In this document: positions 36,815 to 50,720 of the stretch, piece by piece
Layout of the letters: each line of letters opens with the position of its first letter
How positions within the stretch are numbered: the first letter of the stretch is position 1
DNA from: Cycas panzhihuaensis
Lineage: Eukaryota > Plantae > Cycadophyta
Assembly: GCA_023213395.1 (NCBI GenBank)
Contig: CM041465.1
Location: 166,601,741-166,665,740, forward strand
Direction: 5' to 3'
DNA: 64,000 bases
Position numbers and translations under genes: made by a program
The notes under the pieces: model-generated
The model's database searches: none
What the model was told of the DNA's origin: nothing
Seen by the model: the letters and a program-made list of their open reading frames with translations, nothing else

Positions 36815-37399
36815 TTAAACACCTTTAAAAATAGCTTTAAAAAATCAGTGTACAACCCCTAAAAACTCAAACATATTGTAGCATAATAACCCCAAAAACT
36901 AGTGATAAAACAACAATGAATGAACCCTTAAAAATTTTGAAAGAATCTTTTCAAACAGACATTTTGATAGGTCAAAATAGGCACTAAAACATGTTTCTTA
37001 AACAACATTGAAATGGCTCTAAAAGACTGAAAAGAATAGGTTCAAGAAATCTATCTTCAAGGAATAAACCTTGGGCTCTGATACCACTTGTTGGATTTAG
37101 AATAGAGCTCTGCTATTGGATGTTGGAATATGAATGTGAAGCTAATGACAATGAACAAAGAATAATAAGTAAAGAATGTGGCAATAAGCACAAGAACGAA
37201 AAAGTATGCACAAGTTAAATACATGATAAATTGGAAAGAACGACCAAATTTCAAATTATGTAAAGATGATGCACATACTTATAATACAACTCACCACATG
37301 TGTGGGAACCCTCTAGGTCAACTATTGTGTGTTGTCACACATTTTAATGTGGCACACAATCCAAAGTGACTTACAGTATAAAAATACAACAAATAAATG

Positions 37400-38980
37400 G
37401 GAGAGTGTGAATGGGATTGGAATGTAATTGAATATTATATCCAACAAGGAGAAGGTAGTAGATGACTACCCAAACCATAAAATAGAAATAAACTGCTTTG
37501 AAGTAGCAAGGAAAGTTTTAGAGGAAGTGGCAAAAGAGGAAGAGAGGAAACTACCCATGGACAAGCTTGTAACAAAGTATGTGTACACAAGTAAAAACAA
37601 ACCAAGGGAAAATGAATCAATAATATGTGAAATGCCACTTGCACAATGACCACTGATAGTCCAAGCAGAGGAATTATTCAAGTTTTCACCTATGGAAGAT
37701 ATATTAAGAATGTTGTTAATGGAAAATCTAGTGAAACAATTGCAACTTACTATTCCACTAGAGCATGTCATTGAATGGATCAAAATGGGCATATTACAAC
37801 ACAAAGATTCAATCAAAAGTTTGAAAAAAGTTTATGCCTTCTTTTGGCCTCAATCCTACAGTCGTTATTACTATTTTGGGAGAAGTATTTCATGGTGTGA
37901 TTGTTGATGGGGGAGTTGTAGTTATTGTACTACCAACAACAAAATGGAAAAGACTAGGAAGTCCAAAATTGGAGGCCACAACTTTTTCGTTAAAGTTGGC
38001 CAATGAATTCTTGGTGAAGCAAGTGGGAAGATTGCATAACATAAAGGTGGATGTAGTTGGTATTATGGTTCTATTTGATTTCATTAAAGTGGAGACTGTA
38101 AAAGGGATGGTGCCTTATTTGACGTTGCTAGGGCGCCGATGGTTGTACAAAACATAATGTCTCAAGTGGAGGAAATGAAGTGGTACTTTCTATTCTTAGG
38201 AAAGGGAACTACTCAATTGAAGTGATTTCAAAGGATGCTTTGATTGGAACCATTGCCAATGATGAGACATCATCGACATTCAAAAAGATAGATTTACGTC
38301 ACATTACAAAAGAAGCACCTAACATGAATAATCCACACAAATATGAGCCCAATCACTACAGAGAACTTCACCTCTATAGCTCTTTAAACAAAGATGTGAA
38401 GCGATTTGTAAATTATTGGATATAGAAATCTTATGAGGTTAATCCGCCTTCCTTTCATTGTAATATACTCTCTTTTAGTGACATGGATAATAACAACAAT
38501 TTTGACAGAGTTCAAAATCTTGGGCTTTCAAGTGGCTATGACCTATTGACCCAATGATATGAACTTAGTGAAATGCAAACATAAGTATTTCGACAATAAT
38601 GACAACCTTGAGGGAACTTGCCCTAACAATGGAAAAAATCATAAAGGAAATAGAATACATGAGAGACAGTTCTACAAGTTATAGTGTCAAAGGGGAAGAC
38701 AAATTGAGAGACAAAATGAAGATACTAGCAAAGCAAACCACACTAAAGAAAAGGTGCAAAAAGACGGGGCATGATCGGCATATCAAGACATTGTATTTCA
38801 AAATAGGTGATCAAGTAATAGCAATTCAACAACAAATTCCAAATGTATAAAGGAGTATTAAAGATGCGTTGGAAAGGCCCATGTGTAATTGAAAAAGTGT
38901 AGAAGAATGGCACTATTCAATTGAAGAATTGGTAGGCCAACTATTGCTTGAGATGGTCAAAGGTAGCATGTTGGATGGTA
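37400..38980 (+). mobile_element. Internally deleted Athila-like Gypsy remnant (protease plus integrase C-terminus)
   Basis: IVDGGVVVIVLP...LLGRRWL (37834-38157), then HDRHIKTLYFKIGDQV...RWKGPCVI with no RT/RH between. Confidence 0.7.
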
Positions 38981-40039
38981 ACATCTGAGATCAATGAAAG
39001 AACTTAATTATTAATGCAGAATATGTACACATATATATATAATGAGAGGTTTCAACTGCCTAATAATTATCTAATCTAGAGATGACACATGTCCACCAGT
39101 TAATTACCACTCATTAAGGTGGACTTATGTCCTAACACATTTATGTCCTAACATTACATCCTTATGTCCTAACATAAAACATTATACTTTAATATAACAA
39201 AGTTGAACCCTACCACAATTAGGGTGGAGCAACTTTCTTGGAGGAATTGACTAAGTGTAACATAATGTGTTGCTTGAAGTTGGAGATAATCGAGATTGTC
39301 TCGATGCTAGAATAAGATTTTAGTTTGGTACACAAAAACAAAATACGAGCGAAAAAAAATGTAACTCAAACCATACATTTAAGTAAAATCATCATTTGGC
39401 AAAGTATTAAAAAAAAGGGAAAAGAGAAATTATTTGGGAAAAAAAGAAAGAGACGAGAATATATAAAAGATAAAAATTAAAGAAAAGATGATATTATTCT
39501 TACTATTTAAAAAAAAAGTAAATGTTCCTTCAAAATACACTGTGTTCCAAAAGGAACAGTAGTGGGAAAGCAGAAAACAAAGGAACCAACAATGTAATTT
39601 TACACCATACATTCCTATGAGCATTTTGACAAGAATGCACAACAGAATGCATGAAGAATAAAAGTGAATACCTAACTCATTTTGTCTCATTTTGATGAGA
39701 GCAATTTGACAAAGAAGTAAGCATCAAAATCAGTATACATTCGAAAGGCGAATGCATGAACGTACCTCATGTTTTCCTACTAGTAAACTCTAGTTTTTGC
39801 ATTTCATCTTATTAGTGTTAGACATTGCTTGCTGTTTTTTTCGTTATGTCTAGCATGAGGATCGTAGGGTGCTAGGAAATTATCTACCAAAATTAAGGGC
39901 CAAATTAAATAGATTAACGACATCTTTTAAGGCCAAAGCGCGACATATAGGTTGGGGAGGATATACTATAATAGTATATCCTCCCCAACCTACATCACTA
40001 TAATAGTACCTAGAATTAATGGAACAAATACTGCTGGAG

Positions 40040-42290
40040 TTGAAGAAAAATGTAGGGCACATCTAGCTAGACAATGATTATTTATAACCTAATAGGGCTT
40101 CCCAAGGAGGTAGACGTCCCAATCACCACAAAATGATTGGAGATCGATTGTGAAATTTGGGTGAGAGAAATGTGCAAGGATCATAGCCAAATATTTTTTG
40201 GTAGAATCAAAATTGTGGACATCATGGATGTGACACTGCAGTGGGTGTCAAAGGTGATTATCCCCTGATTCTTATCTAAACAAAAGCATACATACATTCT
40301 AGGGGGAATAATGCTAGTGTTGCCATGAGTTCATGATGGGATTCAATTCAATTGATTTGAGTTTTTGGTAGCAAATATAAAGCAACAAGTTGCAGAAATA
40401 AACATTATAAAGCAACAAATTGCAAAAATAAACATTCATCCCTTCCCACTTCTTTCGTTGCTCTTGGCCACCCTTTTGCATTAGTGCTCGAGACCACAAC
40501 CACCACAACAATCCATTTGGCAAGATGATCGTTAATAAAACAGTGGATGGCAGTATTTTCAGAGAATATTTAGGATATGGATATAAAAGAAAATGAAAAA
40601 AGGGTACTTAGGTTGCTACAATAAGCATCAGGTAGTTCTATTCATCAACACTCTAAACAAGTGGTGAAAAGAGTACTAAACGAAGATGTGAGGTAGCGGA
40701 GGAGGAAGAAATAGAATTAGAGCTCTCATTGGAGGAATGAGCACTAGCAGAGGAAGAATTTCCTCTCGTCATAGAACTAGGAGAGACATCCTCTCAACAA
40801 CAATTTTCTGTGGAAGGGAAGAGTTGACAAATCATCTGCATGGTGGAGGGGTTGGAGGCAAGTTACAAAGCAAAGATTACTGCTTTAAAAGAAAAATTGA
40901 AAGAGAGATTCTATCATCGCCACCCTCACACAAATTAATGAAGACATATTGAAAGCCAATGAAGTTGCGAGAGATCCTGGGTAGTGGGAATAGCCTTGAT
41001 TTGGAGGGGGGGTCAATCCAAAATTTTGAAAATTTTGAGCAAAGATGCTTAACCATTTTTGTTGACTTGGGATAGATGTTAAGGTAAAATCTTGTACCTG
41101 TGCGCTTTGAAAAATTTGAGCAAAGATGCTTAACCATTTTTGTTGACTTGAGATAGATGTTTAGGTAAAATCTTATACCTGTGCACTTTGGATAATGGAA
41201 AATTGTCTAACATAACATGATGAGTGCAAGAATGCATCAACTAGGGGTCGTATATGAGAATGCATGACATAATTCAAATGTTCAGGTAAAATCTTGTACC
41301 TGTGCACTTTGGATAATGGAAAACTATGTTTAACATAACATGATGAGTGCAAGAATGCATCAACTAGGGGTCGTATGTGAGAATGTATGATAGAATCCAA
41401 AGAAAACTATAAAAAAAGAGCTCTCGGGGAACACTTGATAGGGTGCATTCTGGAATCGAGTGCAACATAGTTTGGAACACGTGGAACACATCTTGAGGAA
41501 CTCACTTGGAACAAAACTAGGTTCAAAAGTATTTGAAGTAGAAATAAAAAATTAAGAACCTACCTTTGGATCTTTGCTTTGGAATTCAAGAATGCTATGA
41601 CAACATCAAATTAAAAAAAGCAAGATCACATTTTGAAGAAAAGTAGGATTGAGCTAAGAAAGGAAAGAAAGCACTCTAGTGGAAAATCTTATTGTGTGAC
41701 TAGAAAGGCTTTTCTATAGAATGTGATTAAAGAAGGGTCATTATTAAATTGGATTCAAGCTATGTGATTTAAAAGAGATTAAATTCTACTATATGTGATG
41801 CATCGCACAAGCAATTGGAAAGATACATTATAGATTTGTTGACATTATCTGTGGACATGCGATTGTACAGACGAAATGTTATGGAAAGGAACAATTGTCA
41901 CCATAAGTCACAATTGTCCCCTAAAAGGCATGCATTTGAGTATTTATTGGTCAATTCTCCACCATTTCAGTGTGAGAGTCGAGTGAGTCAATTGTATCGC
42001 AGGTTCTCAAGTGTGAAAGTTATTGGACATAGTGTCATGTTTTCTAGTAGGAGATGTGGAAAAGTTATCCAGTGATGTAAAAGCCATGATATTGCTTAAT
42101 GAAAGTATGAGTTACGTGGAAATTGTGTATCATGGGTGTGATTACGATTGTTGTATGTTGTTTTGATTGATGTGATGATGATGTTGTGATGATATTGGAT
42201 TTATGGGTGCATATGATATATATGCGATATATTACGAAAGTGACATGTTGGCTAAACCCTAAGTAGACTACCAAATGTGGCCCTTGACAA
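40040..42290 (+). mobile_element. Unclassified retroelement remnant (extra-ORF-like sequence, internal tandem repeats, LTR-like end)
   Basis: NLIGLPKEVD-like motif at ~40085; acidic decayed coding sequence; tandem duplications at 41030-41390; ...CCCTTGACA at ~42289. Confidence 0.35.
41030..41392. repeat. Overlapping tandem duplications (~80 bp x2 and ~121 bp x2)
   Basis: AAATTT(T)GAGCAAAGATGCTTAACC... occurs twice; GGTAAAATCTT.TACCTGTGC.CTTTG three times; ...AACATAACATGATGAGTGCAAGAATGCATCAACTAGGGGTCG twice. Confidence 0.9.
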
Positions 42291-42969
42291 GTGTTCTTTA
42301 TATGGGGCGGAAAGTAAGGTTAACATGTCATGGAAAAATAATCTTTGTTGTCTAGTTTTGCTAATGCAAAATGCATCATTGATGCATAGTAATTGCAATG
42401 AGCCCAAAATACATATATGAGCTTCATAAATGGCTAATGAGTGATAAATAAGTATTAATAAATAATGATTAGGTTAATGAAGCTTGGTGCCCAATCATTT
42501 TGACACACAACCTTTCATATTAGGTAATATTTATACAATATTGCTATGACATGACATTATTCATATTCAATTCAATTAAATTTTATCTTCAAATAATTTT
42601 GGTCTTAGACCAAAACCTTGAGTCTACGAGTGTGACCACTTTGGGTCGCCTCTAGTGAGTATGGAAATTAAAATATTAAGGATAAATACTATTGATATAG
42701 TTATTTTTAATTATCAAAAAATAATAATTGAAAATAACTATATCAATAGTATTTATCCTTTGGCAATTCCTCTCCATTGCTTATTCGTGCCCCTTTGTTC
42801 TATTCCCATCTTGTGTATCTACATCATGTCTCCTTATCTTGCCATATTTTGGGGCATCCTTGAGTTCTTGTATGTCTCGTCTCCTCCTTGTCTTCCTCTT
42901 GTTTCCACTAGGCCCTTCCCTCCAACTTGGCATCTTCCCTCCTTCATTCATGGTTGTCCTTTGTGGTGT

Positions 42970-43105
42970 CTACCCTTTGCCTTATCGTTTAGTTGGCACG
43001 GTCCTCTGGGTTGACCACCCTCCACTTTGCCATTTTGTTGGTGTAGCCCTGTGGGCTATCTACCCTCCACTTTGTCATTTCATTGGCATAACCCTCTGGG
43101 TTTGG
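42970..43105. repeat. ~45-bp tandem repeat (3 degenerate copies)
   Basis: ACCCTCCACTTTG.CATTT..TTGG...A.CCCT.TGGG repeated. Confidence 0.7.
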
Positions 43106-43899
43106 TCTAATCCTTGAGTGTGTTTCTATCTTCACCCCTTTGTCTAGTTGCATTTCCTTGCTCTCTCATCGTTGGCATTCTTTCTTGCATATTCTCCTCT
43201 CTCCCATGGCACTTCTTCATCACCCAACATTGTTTGCAACATAGTTGAGCCGCTTAACTTGGGAATCATTGGTCACTCCATTCAAACCAATCTATAGAAA
43301 ATTATATATATGTATATATATATATATATATAAAAGAAATATTTTCATTTGAGAATATTTTTCCATTCAAAATTCAAAATATTCATGCAAAAAAAAAATC
43401 AAACCACACTTTTTTCTTATCTTGCAATTACACAATCTATCGAACTTTCCCTTGCTCTAGTTTTCATCCATTGCTCCATTGTCTTGAACCTAAATCAACA
43501 ACCAAAAAGGGTCTTTCTATCATTCGTGCAAAATGAATACTATTAACCAAATCCAATTTGGTGGAAGGGAGCTACATGTGTATAGGACAATTTAGTTGAG
43601 AGCCACACTGTCCAACTCAATCAAATATGGAGGTTCCAAACAATATTCAATCGTCAATTGTCACCCACACATCCCAATTTTTTACACCCGCACTACATAC
43701 TCTACTCTTATAGTATGGAAAATCACCCTTAAGAAATGAAGCTGTCACCAATTGAGTGTAACCCATGCTATTGGGATCTTGGAGGGTAGCTCCATTCTAG
43801 AATCAAATATATGGATGATGACAAAATAAATTTCTAGAATCTATAAAATTAAGAATAAGCATTAAAAGCTCCCATCATGCCAACTATGATTCAAAGGAA

Positions 43900-46828
43900 G
43901 AAGAACAAATGCATAAATATTAGGATGAGTGCCATTAAACTCAGGATATTTTTGTAATCAAATAAGCTTTGAATGGTATATTCATATCAAGAAAAAAAAT
44001 GCTCCTTTTATAACTAAGCAAACGACTTTCAATAGGCCTCTTAAATTTTGTAAGCTATCAAAACAAGATTATGGTTGCACGTGAGATATACAGGGCCCTT
44101 ACACCACAATGCCAAGTAAATTATTCCTTTCTTGACTTTATTAATGGATGGGATATAGTAAATATGAAGCTCGATATTGATGAAGACTCTAGAGACAATT
44201 TAGAAACATTATATGTGAACGAAGTATGGAATATTGATATGGTTATACTTGGTTGAAGGACAATATTGAATTTCTTCACTAAGCATTAGTCTGGTACAAG
44301 ATGAAGTCATAATATTTTCAGAAGTTGGTATGCTTCATTGACGCATTCTTTCTGGCATTCGAAAAGAGAGAAACTGAATAATTAAATAATGAGTGAGAAT
44401 CAATAAGCATGTAGGAAGATAGACAACCCAAAAAGGGGAATCAAATACAAAATGATATGGACACTGATAGTGTACACTAATTTGAACTCAAGTGATATGC
44501 TCCTAAATGATGGAATATTCTAGAAGAACTAGGCAAGTAAACTCCTTTAATTATAGAAAATCAAGGAGTAAATAACCATAATACTATGAAAGAATTAAGC
44601 GTTGACATGAACGAACTGGGTATTGGAAGTTGGATAAGTTGGAAAATGGCCATTGTATCTTCCACAACCTCAAAACATAAAACATTTGCATGATAGGAAG
44701 CAATACGGGATTAAGTATGAGCCTAGTCAACCACCTTTGTGTGTAGATGAACATGATAATTGGTAAATTAAAAAAATAGTACCTTCACATGCATATGAGG
44801 ATAGCAGTTAAAACATTTGATTTTTTTGTTTTTTCATGTGTAGATGAAGTTAGCCCTACTTCTAGACCTACTCCATGTCTCAATTCCAAGGGGGTGACTA
44901 AGTCCATAAGACAATAATGAGAAACAAGGATATGATATAAAAATACCTAGTCTAATCCCTCAACCACAAATTGAATGATCCAATAAAGAGTCAATTATTG
45001 AGATTGACAATGAAAAGAAAGATTTTAAGCATAGTATACCTATATATATGAAATGGAATCTAGTCTTGAAGATTATGATAAATGTCCAAAAAGACCAAAC
45101 AAGATAGTATTGTTGTTGAGAAACCACATGAGAAAGGTATTGTAGCATCAACGCACTAGGTCCATGAGATTGTTGTAACTCCACAACTTTCCCACTTCAT
45201 GATTAACAACCCTTTGATCCCTCTTAAAGCTAAAGGAATTTCATAAAACTTCTCCATATTTCACATTCAAAGAATGACAAGGACTCGTTAAGCATTTTAA
45301 GAAATTAAATTCTATGAACATAATTATTATCGACTAATTTTGTCTCAATGGTATGAACATCTTTTGTTACTAATTCTTTGGATGGAAGATTCCCTGGGAA
45401 GTCTTGATAATAGGCAAATATATCATAGTTCTCTCACAAATCAAAAGGAGATCAATAATGCCATGGTTCAATAAATGGTCGACCAAGGACTGGGAGCAAG
45501 TATTTCATGACTCACATCACGAACACTTTGTATCTACTAGCGGATGAACCCTTATTGTTAACAATAAGGGAATGGTAACATCTTCAACATCTATGCATCA
45601 AACTTACAACATCCTACTGATATCTAGTGGTCATCTATTCATACTTGTGACGAGAAATAAATAGGAATTCGATTGGAAGACTACGATAACTATGATGAGA
45701 TTTGACATCTAGTGTAACCTTTACCTTCAAATGGTAAGTTAATCTCTATAGAAATTGGCCTCCTTATAGTACTTACCTATATTTTGAAAAATGTTAGCCT
45801 TGGGGAATGGAATGCAGGATTTCGCTTAGGTAAGTAGGATATTAGGGCCAAATGGACTCTTTTAGTTGAAGGATGATTTAACCCCATCTTTCACATAACG
45901 ATAAAGATGCCTCTGTTAAGATCTTGTATGGTTAGAATCTAATTCAAGTTAAAGAATAGGGTCAAAACAATTCTAGAGTACTTGCAATTAGAGATTAACT
46001 TCGGGAATCGTCTAACATACTTAGGATTCTTGAGGAGCTTCTTGTTGGTGCATAGAATTGAATGAAACAACACAAAAATAAGCAACATATAGAATCCTAT
46101 TTCCAAGTGGGTAATTAGGTATTTGTATGCTTACAATCATACAAATACGCATCTCAAAAGGGAACAAAATAGGGGGAACTTACCCCTAGATTCTAAGGAC
46201 CATACTATGCTAAACAATGAATGAGTAAAGTTGGTTATGACTTACTAGTATACTCTAGGATTCACAATGTTTTGCATGTATTGTGATTAAAGGAAAAACT
46301 TGGCACAAACATTATAGTATAAACGTATATTCCAATGATAGATCAAGGGACATTGATTTTGTACCATAGACCATTCTATGGGGATAAGAAAAGTCCCTTT
46401 ACACCAAGATCATTGAAGAATATCTTATCAAGTGGTAATAGTTACCCATGGAAGATGCTTCATGGCAATACTAATGGTTTCTTGCATAAAATACCCAACC
46501 TTGAAAAATTGATGCTTTGAGGATAGAGCATCTCGAGGAGGGATGGCTTATGTTGAATTATAATAAGCTTAAAAGTAAATTGTGTTAGCTTTGGGGATAC
46601 TTTGTGGTGGTGTTTTTATTGATATAAAGAGAAATCATCTTTGGGAAATTTTCAACAAGATCAACAAGGTCTTCTTTCCCTGTTGATTCTACCAAGCCCA
46701 GTCCCTTGGCTGTGGTTTCACTAGATAGTAGATAGGGACATTGTGAATATTGTTAATAGTTTTAGATCTTAGGCTATCACCCATGTGGTTTCTTTGATAA
46801 TTGTGTTGAAGTCTTGAGGATCGCTACA
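43900..46828 (+). mobile_element. Decayed chromovirus Gypsy 3' part with chromodomain, PPT and 3' LTR
   Basis: Integrase GPY region (~46190) and IHNVLHV; chromodomain EYLIKW..LPMEDASW (~46417-46466); purine tract GAGGAGGGATGG then TGTTG at 46551. LTR end at ~46828 is tentative. Confidence 0.7.
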
Positions 46829-47294
46829 AGAATTCCTTTGTCCTCACTTATATTGGCCATAATGCACTAAATTAGGTGCTCTTATTAAGCCAATTGGATA
46901 TCTTGAATGGTAAAATAAATTCAATAATGCTATTGAATGCCAAATTGTTGCAACTTAACCTATTAACAATTTTGTGGAAATCTTTGTAGTTACCATTTGG
47001 CTCCTAGATGTAATTGCCCCATGATGGTATAGTCAATGTTGCGATTGGTGATTTGTGCTTAAATGTGAATGGCATCTTTGGGACATTCTGTGATTGGCGA
47101 TTTTGTTTGGTTCACTATCTCTTTTGTTTGGGTTAATGTCACAAAAGCATATGGATTTGGTCTATTAGTGTTGATAGGGCTCACTTGTATACGTTGAATT
47201 TTTAAGTGTTTTGTTACTCACTGTGTCAATTTTCTTTGACTTTCATTGGTTTATTCTTTGGCTTCTAACCTTTTTTTTTTTGGTTTCTTTATAG

Positions 47295-47375
47295 GTTCAA
47301 TTTTGGATACAACCTAGATTAGATTTCATGGGCACTGTTTCGGCAGAAGCTCTTGTAGATCAAGTGTTGGAGAAG
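47295..47375 (+). CDS. Host gene coding exon, VQFWIQPRLDFMGTVSAEALVDQVLEK (possible start ATG at 47328); product unidentified
   Basis: Branch point CTAAC 47265-47269, long poly-T tract, acceptor ATAG| at 47294, donor AAG|GTATTT at 47375/47376. 81 nt with only one open frame, in non-TE unique sequence. Confidence 0.7.
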
Positions 47376-49819
47376 GTATTTTCTTTTCATTTTAAGAATA
47401 CTCTTCATGGTTGCATTCTTTCTTCCTCTTAATCTAGTTTTGCTTCAATGTATGTAGCCAAGAATGCATTTGGGGAGTTTTTGCATAGGAATCTACAAGT
47501 AATCTTACATGTGGGGCCATTCAAATAATAGATAAGTGGAAATAAATCAGAGTTGAGTTTCCATTGATCTAAGAACTTAGTTCATTGGTGCATTCGTTGA
47601 TAGGATAGAATTAAATATTTGCTTGGCATATATTTTAGTTTGTTCCAATAGTTGCTTCATATGAGCTTTTCTTTTTTCATTTTGAACAAGTGTTTTGTGT
47701 TAATACATACCAAGGTGCTTACATTATTTAGATACCAGAGATGGTTGGTCTACTTTGATCTATAAGGCCAAGTGTTAGAAGCAACCACTTTTAATTTGCA
47801 AGGAATATTAGTTTTTGCCATTCAACAAAATATTAACTTATTTACAATGAAAACGAGAGGTACGAAAGATTTCAACTGCCCCCTTTCCCTTACCAACATG
47901 TTGTCTAATATAATGAGAAGTAGTGGTGGATGCATTGGATTGGCTGGGTGCTTCTTGAATTGACTCATTGATTGAAGAGTGGACTTGTAAAATCAAACTT
48001 GTATATTGAAGTTCTTGTTCCAATCTATGAGTCATCTAGAGAAGTTAACTTGTATCATCAAACTTGTATAACGAAATTCTTGTTCAAGTCTACTAAAGTT
48101 GGCTTTGTATTTAGACTCCTTTTCCTTATATGTTGTAAAATTAAATTGTATTTGTTCATTGGGTACATTTGATCAATTTGGCGGAGTTGTTACATGTTAG
48201 TACACCCATGAATTCAACCTTGTATAATGAAGTTCTTGTTCAAGTCTATCAAAGTTTATTTGTTTATGTTATGTAGGTTAAGTTTTTAATTAGCTTGTTC
48301 TTATTCAAGCCTTAGAGAAGTCATCTAGAGGAGTGAAAACTTGTATGATGTAGTTTTTGTTGAAAACTACTAAAGTTTACTTGTATTTATACTCGTGAAC
48401 CTCACATGTCTCAAAATCAACTTGCATTTGCTTGTTGAGTCCATTTGGTCAATTTGCTAGAGTTCCTGCACATGACTACACTCATTAATCCAACCTTGTA
48501 TCATGAAGTTCTTATTCAAGTCTGGTGTCATCTATGTTGGAAATAATGTATATTCCCATTTCATGTTCATTTAAGTTCATTTATCATGTAATTAGGATAT
48601 TTTCTCATATGGAATATTCTTAGTTAGAATACTCTTGGTCAAGTCATTTAATATGGTGGTTAGTAGGAGTCAAAGATGGTTGAAATATTAAATATGGTAG
48701 TTGATAGCCTACCATAATTTGAGGGAGTTGTTAATTAACCATTATGATATGGTTAAAACCAATTACTATCTTTAGTACATACATAATCTATATATTATGT
48801 ACTCTATTATTTTTATGAGATTGATGGGGAGTTGTGAAACATTGACGTATTGCCATCTCTTGCTTATTTGTGCATATGCTTTATGCCATGTCTCCTCCTC
48901 TTATCCACTTTCATGTCTTCTCCTCTTATCCACTTTCTTCCTACATGGTATTAGAGCCAAGTTGCTCTTATGACATCAATGTCTCTAATTTCTGCCATAT
49001 TTGAATGCTAGGTCCTATTTGAAAAAAAAACCCCTCCCTCTTATGACTATGAAGCTGATGAAGTTTTGTCGTAAGGTGTTTATACTTAATACAAAGGGCA
49101 TTCTTTTTATGTAAGTTCTATGATAACTTGCAGAAAACAAAGTATTTTAATATTGTTTTGGCTCTAAATGGTTAGAGGATCACCTACATAGAGATTAAGT
49201 GAGGGTTGTCTAAAGGATACTTGCTCACTTGTTGGAGTTGTTGTTGGAAAGAGCTCCATCACCTGCTCCAGAAGAAGTCATGTGACCTTAGGGAGCCACC
49301 CCTGCTCATCCTCGTGTGGAGCTGATTGTTGTTTGAAACTTTATCGCTCGTTCTCGTTCTCCATCATTTAAACCTTTAGGAGCTGCATGTTCTTGCTAAT
49401 CAAGTTGCTGCTGCTTAGAAAGTAGCTGAGATCAAGAAAATACAAGTTGGCAGTGTGAGCGGCCGTCACTCGGAAATTGCCATTCTGGAGTCATCGGTCG
49501 TCGTCCCTTAGTTGCTTGACATGGCACAACCGCAGAAAGAGAGTCGTTGTTCACTCATAATCGTCATTTCAACCTACACAGTGGTCTTTGACACTAGCTG
49601 CTGATACCATAGCTGTCGTTCATGAAATCTCATTGCTGTCGCTACTTGATCGATGAAGTTTTGTCATTGGAAATCCAAGTTGTAGTCGTCACACAAAGGA
49701 GATCAATTCTCCATAATTTAATGTATAAGCTAATGTTATAAACATTAGGTTATAACATTAACATATTCTCTTGGATATATATATTTTTAGTATTGATATT
49801 TTTAAAGGTTTGTCACTTT

Positions 49820-50720
49820 ATTATTTTAAGGAGTTATTTTTTCTTCGAAAGTATATTTCTTTGTGATATTTCAAGAGAATTTTTTAAAGAATATTATTTT
49901 ATCAGTTGGGGTCATATATTAAGAGAATTTAATTTATTTATTAATTTTTAAAAGTGTATTTTATTATAGTGACATAAAGGGTACTTTAAGAGGAATTTAA
50001 TATATTTCATCCTCTTTTAAAGTACATTTTAGGTATTTCTTGAAGAATATCTTAAAGAGAATTTTTAAACTATTTAGCTTTATATTTTGTCCTTTTTAAT
50101 AGATATTTATTGGCGACATAAAGCATACTTTAAGAGGATTTTAATGCGGCTTATCCTCTTTTTTAAAGTATCTCTTGGGGGCATAAAAGGTACTTAAGAG
50201 GATTATTTTCATCCTCTTTAAAGAGTCCTTTTGGCAACATTTGAAAAATATTTCAAGAGGATTTCTTTAAAATACCTCATCCTCTTTACAAATATTAATT
50301 GGGTATAATACCTTAAGAGGACATTAAGCCATTTCAAGTGTAATATTACGTCTTCTTTTAAAATGTATTTTCAATGACTTCAATGTAAGAGTACTTACAA
50401 GGGGATTTTAATGTATTTAGCATTGTGCTTTATCCTCTTTTTTATGTGTCTCTTGGCTTCATTCAAAGAGTACTTCAAGGGTAATTTTCTCATGTACTTA
50501 TCCTCTTTAGAGTATATTCTGACTCTATTTTAAGAGGATTTTTCAATGTACTTTGAGAGTATTTTAAGAGGAGTTTTTTAATGTACTTTATCCTTTTTTT
50601 GAGAGTATTTTAAGAGGATTTTTTCAATGTACTTTGTCCTCTTTTGAGAGTATTTTAAGAGGAGTCTTTTTTATTGTACTTAATCCTCTTTTGATAATAT
50701 TTTATGATGTATTTAAAAGG
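49820..50720. repeat. AT-rich array of AAGAGGA...TCCTCTT inverted-repeat units (~45-70 bp)
   Basis: Many degenerate copies; near-perfect ~45-bp tandem at 50520-50700 (GAGAGTATTTTAAGAGGA.TTTTT.AATGTACTTT.TCCTCTTTT). Confidence 0.8.

Larger units (their letters stand above)
28390..39199 (-). mobile_element. Old Copia-like element hosting nested insertions (gag remnant 28390-29480; PBS 37075-37086; interrupted 5' LTR ~37089-39199)
   Basis: Exact TGGTATCAGAGC PBS on minus, 2 nt from TGTTGG; leader sequence continues across the 29700-36814 insertion; decayed gag-like coding. LTR outer end is uncertain. Confidence 0.6.

Noticed and set aside
39300-39850. Captured antisense gene fragment (minus-strand donor GAG|GTACGT at ~39768 plus T-rich tract)
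   Set aside because: No convincing open exon or acceptor; cannot be separated from TE-derived compositional skew.
47328-47375. Gene symbol for MGTVSAEALVDQVLEK
   Set aside because: Peptide too short for me to recognise reliably; needs BLASTP.
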